In this document: positions 24,401 through 36,400 of the stretch, one piece after another
How positions within the stretch are numbered: the first letter of the stretch is position 1
How the letters are laid out: every line of letters begins with the position of its first letter
DNA from: Scyliorhinus canicula
Lineage: Eukaryota
Reading direction: 5' to 3'
NCBI RefSeq assembly: GCF_902713615.1
Contig: NC_052163.1
Span: 38,822,248-38,886,247, forward strand
DNA length: 64,000 nucleotides
The notes under the pieces: model-generated
The model's input: only the letters and a program-made list of their open reading frames with translations
What the model was told of the DNA's origin: nothing
Database searches by the model: none
Position numbers and translations under genes: made by a program

Positions 24401-27400
24401 TTTGAGGTTCTTCACCACCTCCAATGTCCCAGCTCTGCCTTCGGCTGACTGAGAAAAAGAGGATTTGAGCACCGGGATCTCCAGTGCTAATCACTCAAAA
24501 ACCAGTCCCAATGGACAGGACATGTTACTCGCACGCCTGGCACCAGACTCCTAAAATAGCTGCTCTTTTCAAAACACAATCACAGCAGGAAACTCTGAGG
24601 AAGACAATAGAAACTCTTTCTCTACAGCACGCCTGATGAGGGCAAATATCCTCGCCAACTTGATAGAGCCATTGGCTTGTGACCGACCCAAAATGGAGAA
24701 GGTTGATTTGGGAAGGCGTCAAACACACCGAGAGGCTTCATTGGGAGCATGCAAATGTGAAGTTGAGATGTTGAATAGGGCACAGAAACCTCCAAACACC
24801 TCATCTTTCCAATCCTTCTCACATTATCTGCCCTGTATGTCACAGAGCCTGCAGATTGTGCATTGAACTTGATCAGCCATCTTGGATCCTAAACATCACA
24901 TGGTGAGAGGTGTACCTCTACTGCACGATGACTAATCGTATAACCTATCCAAAGGGTATACCAATAACCTGTCTGTGATTTGAACTGCATGTCTTGCACT
25001 TGTATCCTCACTGTTTTTGTGGAGTCAGAACTCTTTACTGAGAGAAAGCAAGATCTGAATTGTTCAGCTATTTTATTTTCCAGCAGGAAGTGAATGTACT
25101 GAGTCATGGTGATAATCCAATCTCTCAGTAATAAAGTTCAATTCCTCCTTGTGAACCATAAACATATGCTACACTATTCCCATTAATGAGTCACTTTGTT
25201 TTTCCTTAATTTTCTGGTTCTGACTGGGTGAAGGCATAAAGTAAGCACATTTCCGTGTGTTCAAGCTTATCAACAAGTGACATAGAGTAGTTCAGCTCTT
25301 CGTACAAATTGTCAAATATTACATTAGTATTGTCTTCTTTTAGATTCAATGTGAGTTGCACTGGTTTCTGTTTTCTCCTGAAGCTGACGTTGTATTTAAA
25401 TATCGGGTGTTGGTGGCTTATTGAAATCTTAAGGAGGATTGGGCAATCCCATCTGTTAACATTCTGAAGGAGATGTAATGCACTTGGTCGAGGAGTGGAG
25501 TGATAGTTCTAGGCATCTCCCAGCTCTCCTAATAATTCCAACCTAAAATTTTTCCAATTAAACTAAGCAGGTTATTTAACGACAGGAATGTAATACTTGG
25601 CATGTGATGACGCACCCTATGTCAGTGGTCAATAAAAAAAGAATATGTCAAATGAACAACAGAAGAGCCCTTCACAAGTGCAGCACGGTGGCCTAATGGT
25701 TAGCACAGCTGCCTCACGGCGCTGAGGTCCCAGGTTCGATCCTGGCTCTGTGTCACTGTCCGTGTGGAGTTTGCACATTCTCCCCGTGTCTGCATGGGTT
25801 TCGCCCCCACAACCCAAAGATGTGCAGAGTAGGTGGATTGGCCACGCTAAATTGCCCCTTAATTGGAAAAAATAATTGGGTAATCTAAATTTTTTTAAAA
25901 AAGAAGAGCCCTTCACTATTATATGGCGGCGGCCCAGTGGTTAGCACTGCTGCCTCACAGCACCAGTGACCCAAGGTCAATTCTGGCCTTGGGCCACTGT
26001 CTGTGTGGAGTTTGCACTTTCTCCCCGTGTCTGCTTGGGTTCCCTCTGGGTGCTCCGGTTTCCTCCCACAGTCCAAAGATGTGCAGGTTAGGTGGGGTGG
26101 CCATGCTAAAATTGCCCCTTTAATGTCCAGAGATGTTGTGCAGGTTAAGTGGGAATACAGGGTTACGAGCATTACGGGAGGGGGCCTCGATAGAATGTGC
26201 TTTCGAAGGGCCATTGCAGAATTGATGGCCTCCTTCTGCATGGTAGGGTTTCTGTGGATTCTTCTATAGATTCTATATCCTAGATATTGTGATCGATGTG
26301 TATTCCTGGAAAGTGGTACAACAAACTCTTGTGGCCATTGATTTAAAAAGTGCAATGTTAATCTTTTGCAGGCTGGATTCGGTATGCTGAAAAAGCACTT
26401 GGCAGCCTTGTCCTTCCCCACATCTGCACTGCTAAATCCCCCCAGCAGGTCATGGGGTCTCTGATAAAGGACTATTTTGCCAAAAAGCAGGTAATGAAGG
26501 TGTGATTAATTAACCTCGATCACGGTTCCATTTTTTTTCTTTATTCTTTCATGTGATGTGCGCACACCTGGCAAGGCCAGCATTTGTTGTGATTCCCTAA
26601 TTAAATGCCCTTGATCAGAGTGGCTTGCTAGACCATTTCAGAAGGCAGTTAAGAGTCAAGAACATTACTGTGGGTCTGGAGTCTCATGTAGACCGGGCCG
26701 GACAAAGGGCACAGATATTAATGAGCCAGATGGGTCTTTATAACAATATTTGTCATGGTCACATTACTGGGACTAACTTTATGTTCTAGATTTATTAATT
26801 TAGTTTAAATGCTGACAGCGTGTGTGCCAGAGCATTCGCCAGAGCCTCTGGAATACTAGTTCAATGTCATTACCACAATATCACCGCCTTCCTCCTCCGC
26901 AAAAGGACTTTGACCGTCAACATGGGTGTTCATGTTGTCCTGGCTAACACCCCGCACTTGAGCAAAGCTTTTTAAAAAATCAAATTGATTTCCATAATCT
27001 CGCATCTACTGTTGGTGGAACTTTGCTGGCACAGAATTACTGGTGTATTGGTCAACATGTCATTGAATATGAAAAGTGCTCCATCATTCTCTCATGGAAC
27101 TACTCGTTGCTGTGCACCTTCTGGCAGCCAAGAATATTCTGAATAAAACTAATGACCTTCTTCATTTGCAAGGCTTAAGGCATTGTGCTGTGCTCCCACC
27201 TATGGCAATCTATTTACATAGTCATTGTGCGCTGAAGGACATATCCAAGGTATTTTCCACCAGATTAATGATTTCATCTGAAGAACTCTGCTGAGAAAAG
27301 CCAGGTGTTAGAACTGTTAATGAATCGCCATTTTGACAATTAAAACTGAATTAGCTCATCATCACAAATGCTTCCCGCTTATTTATCAACACCGTCAGCC

Positions 27401-30400
27401 CCCGCATCTTCATATCTAATCCTGAATGGAAGACTTGCCCTACCCACCCTTTCCTGAGCTTAACTGGTGCTCGATCTTCAAATGCGTTTCCAGTAAAAAT
27501 GCCACATCAGCCTTTAAATTCCTGAAGTGGACGTACACTTGCGATTGTTGACTGGCCCATTCAGTCCTCGGGCCCATTCACCCCTCTCGCATTCTATGTG
27601 ACCAACCTGGTCAGGGGACACACTGCCCCCCCTCCCTCCCCTGCTGTACAACCATAGCCCTCCTAGGACAAACCCACATTATGCACCCCCCTCCCTTCCC
27701 GGGCTCGCCCTCGAATGTCCACCGTCACCAACTCCCTCATTGCACTTTCAACAGCCCCACCCCGTCAGCAGTCTTCACCTAAACAGAACAACAATACCAC
27801 CTCCCTCTAACACTGTATCCACCTGTTCAGCCCCCCCTCCCCCCACTATGCTCCTGTGGACTAGCTAGCCTGGCAGCCCTCACCCATGATGCCAAACGTC
27901 CTACCTACCCCAGCCCCCATTCTCGTACTTCCATAGTGCAAATAACAATAAGAAAAAAGGTGCACTCACCCTCCCCAGTCCTCCAGCATCCCACCAAAGA
28001 ACCCCACAGGAAAGAAAAATTACCCCTAAGAGAAAAGAGGTTCTCCCCTAACCATCACCAAAAAAGAAAGAAAACAATAAAGCAAAAAAGACAGAGAACC
28101 AACATTTCCTCACACCTCCTCCAAACTTCAATGTCCTCTCCTGCCAGTTCATTGTCTCTCAAAAACTCCATTGCCTCCAAATAATACTCGTGTTTCAAAA
28201 TAATACTCGTGTTTCAAAATAATACTCGTGGTCGTTGTAGGTCACCCAGAGGCGGGCCGAGTACAGCATCCTGACCTTCGCCCCCTTCGTAAAGAGGGCT
28301 GCCTTGACTCAGTTGAATCCAGCTCTCCTCTTGGCCAGTTTCCTAGTATGCCTGGAGCTCATTATCTTTCCAGGTACTTCCCCATATCTGTCTGGCCTAC
28401 TGCAAGATCTTCTCTTTGCCTCAGAACCAATGTAGCCTCGCCACCGTCGGTAGCTCATTTGCCTTAAACTTCCTCATCTGCACCCTATGCACCCAATCGA
28501 ACGTCAGGGGCCGCTCAAACGCTACATTTCCTTGGCTACATAAGAGCCAGCGTCCGCTCCCTCGATGCACTCTGGCATCCCAACAATTCTCATTTTATCT
28601 TCGGGAGTGGTTCTCCAAATCCTCCACTTTCTCCTTGAGCCTCTTCTGGGTCTCCCTCAACACCCCAATTTCATCCGCCAATGAGGTGGCTCTGGCTCTG
28701 GGTCTCCAGCCTCCGCTCCACCCGTCCAATCCCTGCTATCAGCAGGTGTACGACCTTCGCCAGGTCCTTCTGAGCATCCCTCCTCTATTGAATGAACTTT
28801 CTCTGTTCAGAAATACCACTAACTGTTCCGTCGACCATTTGGCCCCTTGCTCGCAGCCATCTTTCCCTGTGTTGCACAAAGAGTTTCTTGCTCTTGCAGT
28901 TCCTTTCTTCTAAACCCACTTCTGGTCCACTAATCCATCTACCAACCTCCCCAGTGGAGTATAACATTCCTACAACACCTCTGCACTCTTTTCCTACAAA
29001 GCATCCGCCCGGCAACCGAGTAAAAGGACCGAAAAAAAAAAAAACGCCTCGCGACCTCTGCCGACCGACTGTCGCGACCCACCATTTTCGCTTACCTTTA
29101 ATGCGACAGGTGAGCCTGCTTTGATCCTCACGATCTCACTTGTTTTGTCATTCAATGTTACATTTCTATATGGGTTGTTCATCAGAGGTGTTGGAGCTCA
29201 CACCAGCACAGCTTTATCCTATTGTGGACTCTGCTGAACAGCTCACACCACCACTGCTTGTCCTGTTGTGGGTTCTCCTGAGACACACTCTCAGCAGGTT
29301 TACTTCTGAGATCCTGGCCTGTTTGTGTCTCTGGACCTCTCTTACTTAGTACAAAACAATCCATTTTAAATGTTCCAGTCCTGTTGCTTCTTTGCGGCCG
29401 ACAAAATGGAGGAATCGCAATCGCGTCCAGAGCACGTGACATTAGTCTTCAGGGTGCGTGACCTGTTTTCAGCTGTCGCTTCAGGCAGGAAGACTGCATT
29501 AAATTTTTTTAAATCTTCTACTGGGTCAGCGAGCTAACATCAGGAGGAAGCGGTGTTACTTGCTGGGCTCCGGGCATGCACACTGATGAACGTGCACGCG
29601 TGCACAGGGCACCTGAATTCTGAAAGCCAGTTGCAGCTGACATTTAAAAAAAAAAAAATGTTTTAATGTAAATTTGAGTATCCAATCAATTTTTTTTCCA
29701 ATTAAGGGGCAATTTAGTGTGGCTAGTCCACCTACCCTGCACATCTTTAGGTTGTTGGGGCGAAACCCACGCAAGCACGGGGAGAGTGTGCAAGCTCCAC
29801 ACGGACAGTGACCCAGAGCTGGGATCGAACCTGGGATCTCGGCGCCGTGAGCAGCAATACTGACCACTGCGCCACCGTGCTGCCCGCAGCCTGCGTTTTT
29901 AAAAGCCAGCTGCTGCGGCTGTTACGCATTAATTCCCACCATCAGATGGCTCCGCGATCCCCCCCCCTTACACCCGCCAGCGACCCACCTGCTAGTCACG
30001 ACCCCGACTTTGTAAATGGCTGGCATAGACCATTGGTCATAAATTCTGGGATTGGCTGTTTAAAAATAAGAGTCTAAATGCAATCAAAACCCAAAAGAAA
30101 TGGTTTACATCTGTGATAGAAAAGAATAGAAAATGGGGAGACACTGTTCCTGCTGGTGGAAGGAACGAGAGCCAGAGGGCACAGATTGAATTGGCAGAAG
30201 AAGCACAAGCAACGTGAGGTAACAGATTTTCCCGCAGCATGTGTTTAGAGTCTGGAATGCACTGCCTGAGTGTGGTGGAGGCAGCTTCAATTCAGACATT
30301 TAATAGGGAATTGGAACATTATCTGAAAAGAAAACATTTACAAGATTATAGGGAAACAGCAAGAGCGTGATACTAGATTAATTGCTACTTCAGGGGTACT

Positions 30401-33400
30401 AGCACCAGACGATGCTATAAATGGCTGCTTCCTGTGCTGTAACTCTTGTAGATTCCATGTGCGGATGTTGTGACTACACTATTCAAATGCTGTTTTTTTT
30501 TCAGAATAATGTTCCTTTTAATACAATCCTTAACGGTAAACAGGATAGCAAATATCACAGATTATGTGATGAAAAGTTCATCGTTTTTAACTTTCTGTTC
30601 TGCCTTTCTGTTCTGCCTATGTACAGTATTGAGACAAATAATTCCACCTGTGACCTGTAAATATTTAAGAAGTGTAAGGACATTTCAGCATTCAATATGT
30701 TAGCAGATTTAAGCACCAATTTGTTTTGACCTTTTTTGGGCTCTTTTCTTCCCCCAGCAAATCTCCCCTGAGAAGATCTTCCATGTAGTTATAACGCCTT
30801 GTTACGATAAAAAATTGGAGGCACTTGGTGAAGACTTTCACAGCAGTGTACACCAGATCCAGGGCGTCGACTGTGTATTGACTTCAGGTAACATTACTAC
30901 AACAGATTTTTTTGAAGTTTGATCAGGAAATTGTGTGAATACAATAAGGAGTGAGATGTAATGTGCTTAGGTGAATAACTTGATATGGTTAAATATTGGG
31001 ATTATAGCCAAAATATTCATTCTCCCTTTATTGATGCTTTTGGATCTGCTAAGTACTCCCATCATTTTCTGTTTTTGCTTTGGATTTTCAGCACCTGCAG
31101 TGTGTCATTACTTTTGATTTTTGGGATTATCTACTAGTGATCCAAGTGTTTTCTGTTGACCTGTGTCCAGAAGCACGTCCCGCCTGCTTGTCAGCTTGAC
31201 GGGCCTGGTGCAGTGGTACTCCTTTGCCAACTCTCAACTTCGGGCTGTCATCTGAGGAGTTGATTCCGGTCTCTCTCTCTCTCTCTCTCTCTGGGTTCTC
31301 CTGTATTGAACGGTTATAAGCCTTCTTTTTTCCTTACTCCCTTTTTTCCCCAGCCACTGGAATTTGATTTATCAGTCATTGTACTGTTAATCAATTTATT
31401 TCTGGGGCCCATCCTGCTGAATAGCCTGTAGTTAGTGCCTCTTATCTCTTGTCCTATTCTACACGATAGGACACCAGGAGGTGGGCCCTTCACCGGTTCC
31501 AAATGTAATAAGTTCTGTTGTGGTGTTGTTACAGTACAATACTCCAGGAAATAGCACATCTTGCAGTTTGTTTCCAGTGAGCTCACTGTCCTTCAGGAAT
31601 GGTATCAGCAGTCTCGAGTAATTAGATTAACTCCTTACTGGGTATCACATTCCTAAATGATTAGGAACTGTGGGACAGCAGAAAAATTATGATGTAATGG
31701 TACAGAAATCATCAGAAACTAGTGGACAGGTGCAAGAAGATGATTAAAAGTAACTTTTCTCTTCAAGAGGACGGGAACAAAAAGGGGTGGAAGATGTGTT
31801 TCAATTCAATATTAAGCTTATTTCTAGACATTGCACGTCAAAAACAAGCTGTAACTTCTGAGCTCCCTGGGGGTCTGATTTGAGGGATATCCCAGAAATG
31901 CATTTGGGAATCATAGAACATACAGTGCAGAAAGAGGCCATTCGGCCCATCGAGTCTGCACTGACTCACTTAAACCCTCACTTCTACCCTATCCCCGTAA
32001 CCCAATCACCCCTCCTTACCTTTTTGGTCACTAAGGGCAATTTATCATGGCCAATCCACCTAACTGCCCTCTCGAAAAAAATCCCTCTCGAAAGTTCACA
32101 AGTAAGGGACTGAATAATTCAAGAAGGCAGCTCACCACCACCTTCTCAAGGACAAGTGACACCCACATCCTGTAAATGATTTTGTTTTTTAATTACCCAG
32201 AAGTGCTAACTTCCTCTGGACAATTGTCCTGAGCTGGGAACCATCCGAAAATGAGCTTTAAATTGCAAACTTCAGATGGTTACACCAATAGTTACCCGCA
32301 AAAGGTTGGAAGAATTTAACTTCTGGGTAGCTATTGTAAATGCTCAGATCGATATCGCCCCCACCCTACCCCCGGCACAGAGGTACTGTGGAATCACAAT
32401 GGTAACAAAGGATGCAGAGAGGCTGATGTGCAGAAGAAATTGCTGGAGAGAGAATTTGGGGATTTGATATTTAATGCGTAGTGCTGGTTTGTTACGTGAA
32501 ATGTTATGAAGAGAAATAGGGAGTAGATTTTAAAGAATGTTGGGGAACAAATAAGCTTAAAAGACATGGTGTAAACGAAGAATCACAAACATTTGATTTT
32601 AAGGAACATTTCTCTTTGGCCAATGAAGATAGTTTAAGTTTTAAGGCCAAAGTTGGAATTAAGACCACAGTTGGGTGATGGGGCATGTCACTGTGTACCA
32701 TAAAAAGGCATTAAAAAACGGTTGCAAGATCAAATATTGACTCTAGCCTTGGGGAAACAGGAGTTTAATGGAGAGGTTTCCTCCAGGTGCTCTGGTTTCC
32801 TCTCACACCAGTCCCGAAAGACGTGCTGTTAGATGATTTGGGCATTCTGAATTCTCCCTCTGTGTACCTGAACAGGCGCCAGAATGTGGCAAGTAGGAGC
32901 TTTTCATCGTAACTTTATTGCAGTATTCGTGAATGAAAATGAAATGAAAATGAAATGAAAATGAAATGAAAATGAAATGAAATGAAAAATGAAATGAAAA
33001 TCGCTTATTGTCACGAGTAGGCTTCAATGAAGTTATTGTGAAAAGCCCCTAGTCGCCACATTCCGGCGCCTGTCCGGGGAGGCTGATACGGGAATCGAAC
33101 CGTGCTGCTGGCCTGCTTGGTCTGCTTTAAAAGCCAGCGATTTAGCTCAGTGAGCTAAACCAGCCCCTTGAGCTAAACCAGCCCCTGTGAAGCCTACTTG
33201 TGACAATGAAGATTATATTATTATATAGTCAGAGCGAGTTAACAGCATCTTCAGCTGGAAAGTTGGATGGGAGCCGGTCTCGAGGGCATGGAAATTTTGT
33301 AGGCAGTTAGAGCAAGAAACTGGAGTCGTCGGTAGAATTGCTTAAAGTTTCCTCATGGCAACAGAAAAGAAGAACAACAGAGTGCAGGTACATTCTTTCA

Positions 33401-36400
33401 GCAACTCTCACAACTTGTAGGTGTTCACTGCTGCAGTAATTGTAATGATTGTTTAGAATCCGAGACATTTTACAGCACAGAAGGACGTCACTGAGCCCAC
33501 TGTCTGCGTGAGCCGAGAAACCAGCCACCCAGCCGAATCGCACTTTCCATCATTTGGTCTGTAACTCTGCAGATTACAGCCCTTCAGGTGCCTATCCAGA
33601 CACCTTTTAAATGGGTTCGAGGGTTTCATCCTCTTCTACCCTTTCAAGCAGTGAGTTCCAGACCCCCTCTGGGTGAAAAATAATTTTCCTCATTTCCTCT
33701 GTAATCCTTTTACCAAACACTCAAAATCTACGCCTCCTAGCCACTGACCGCTCCGCAACAGTAATTTAGGCCCTTTCTATCCATTCTATGCAGGCCCCGC
33801 ACAACTTTGTACATCTTAATCAAATCTCCTCTCTGCCTCCTCTGTTCCAAGGAGAAAGAACCCAGCCAGTCTGATCTTTCCTCGTAGCTGTAAGTTTCCA
33901 GTCCTGGCAACACACTTGTATCTGTAATGAGGTGACCAGAATGGCTCACAGCACTCACAATTGTGGCCTAATTACATTTTTTATAGTTTCAACATCTTGT
34001 GTTCACTGCTCTTACATTTCTTTTCACTGCTCTTACTTTATTAGCCGAGGCACAAAATGTAAAGGGTTTCACCCGCCTTCCTAACCACTTTATCGACCTG
34101 TCCTGCTGCCTTCCAGGGTCTGTGGACATTTTCTCCACGGCCCCTCACCTCCTCTAAAGCACTTTAGAGTCCCCCCCCCTTTACCTTGTTTGATCTCCCC
34201 AAATGCATCACCTCACACACCTTGGGTTGAATTCGATTTGCCATTTTTCTGCCCAACCGACCAGGCCATCCTGCAGTCCACATTTATCCTCCATTATCGA
34301 CCACGCAGTCAATTTTTATGTTTTTCCCAAATTTCGTGATCATGCCCCTATATTTATGTCAAAATTGTTAATCTATATCGCAAAAAGCAGGGGGCCTAGT
34401 AGTGAGCCCCGCAGAATCCCACTGGAAACAGACTTGCAGTCTCAAAAACACCCGTCGACAATCACCCTTTGTTTCCTGCCACTGAACCAATATTATACCC
34501 AGCTTTTTTTTTAATTCATTTACGGGATGTGGGCATTGCTGGTCAGGCCAGCATTTATTGCCCATTCCTAGTTGCCCTTCAGAAGGTGGTGGAGAGATGC
34601 CTTCTTGAAACGCTGTAGTCCTTGAGGCATAGGTACATCACTGTGCTGTCGGAGAGGGAGTTCCAGGATTTTACCCCAGTGACCGTGGAGGAACTGTGAT
34701 ATATTTCCAAGTCAGGATGGTAGTGACTTTGAGGGGAACCTCCAGGTGGTGGGGTTCCCAGGTATATGCTGCCCTTGTCTTTCTAGATGGTAGTGGCCGT
34801 GGGTTTGGAAGGTGCTGTCCAAGGAACCTTGGTGAGTTACTGCAGTGCATCTTATAGATGGTACACACTGCCACTGTTCGTCAGTGGTGACGGGTTTGAA
34901 TGTTTGTGGAAGGAGGACAATCAAGTGGGCTGCATTGTCATAGAAGCATAGAATCTCTACAGTGCAGAAGAAGGTCACTTGGCCCATCAAGTCTGCAACG
35001 ACTCTTTGAAAGAGCACCCTACCTAGGCCCAATCCCCTGCCTTGTTATTGGCACCCCACCCCAAAGGACAATTTAGTGCGGCCAATCCGCCTATTCGACA
35101 CATCTTTGGGCTGTGGGACGAAACCGGAGCATCCAGAGGAAATCCACATTGAAACTCCACACAGACAGTCACCTGAGGTCGGAATTGAATCCGGGTCCTG
35201 CCGCTGTGAGGCAGCAGTGCTAACTACTGTGCCGCCATGCCGCCCTGGATGGTGTCAAGCTTCATGAATGTTGAAGCTGCACTCATTCAAGCAAGTGGAG
35301 AGTATTCCATTACACTCCTGTCTTGTGCTTTGTAAATAGTGGACAGGCTTTGGGGGGTCTTGAGGTGAGTTACTCACCGTAGGATTCCTAGCCTTTGACC
35401 TGCCCTGGTAGCCACAGTATTAATATGGCTAGTCCATTTCAGTTTTGGGGGTAACCCCCAGGATGTTGATTGTGGGGGGATTCAGCATTGGTAATGCCAT
35501 TGAATGTCATGGGGCGATTTCTAAATTGCCCTGGATCCCATGGGCTTTATTTTTTAACAGTCTGTCATCTGAGTTCCTGTCAAAACTCTGGCTATATTTA
35601 GGAGTAATTTAAAGCTTTTAACTTTGAAATACAGAATAGAAATAAGGAAGTAGAATTTGCATATGACTCAATCAACCATTAGTGCGACAGTCAATAGCTG
35701 TGTTTGGGATATCTTTTAACGGAAGGGTGGTGTAATGGAGAAGAAATGTAGCTTAAAGGAAGCATGCTTTGTCAAAATTTTTTGCACGTTTTTATCCTTC
35801 TAAATATTTAAATGCACTTCAAGTATAATTCAAATTCAATGAACTTTCACATATTTTCAGGTGAAATAATGCAGATGATGGAACAAAAAGGTCTCCTGTT
35901 GACAAAGGTGGAGCCAGCAGCTTTAGACAATATGTAAGATCTCCATTCTATCTTTGTGTATCCATAATACTGTTCTTCTTTTAAAATTTAGATAAACAAT
36001 AAAGAAACATGAACTCCTTTGTTCACACTCTTTTCATGTTTTATTTCCGGTGAAGATTTGAAGAAATTGGTGATGTGCGTATTGCAAGGCATGAGGGGAG
36101 GGGATCTGATGGCTTCCTCGAACACATTTTTAAATATGCTGCTAAGGAGATCTTTGGCATTGAGGTCAAAGAAATCACCTACAAGACACTCAGGTGTGTT
36201 TTAGAAGCATTCACAAGCATTTTTAAATTGTAATTGTGCGGAAAGTGCCGGGTTGCTGGCTATCCTGTCGTGTAATTGTTTTCACGTCACAGTTCAGCTG
36301 TTTTTTTATGATGCCTACGGTGACATTGCTGCACTGACTGACTTTGAGCTGTGCACTTGTATCCATTAGAATTAGAGTAAGGCTATCCAAACACACTTCC

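Noticed and set aside
36030-36056. Purine-containing acceptor (ttccggtgaag) as a non-canonical or U12 intron
   Set aside because: The intron is GT-AG with a standard GTAAGA donor and an upstream pyrimidine tract.
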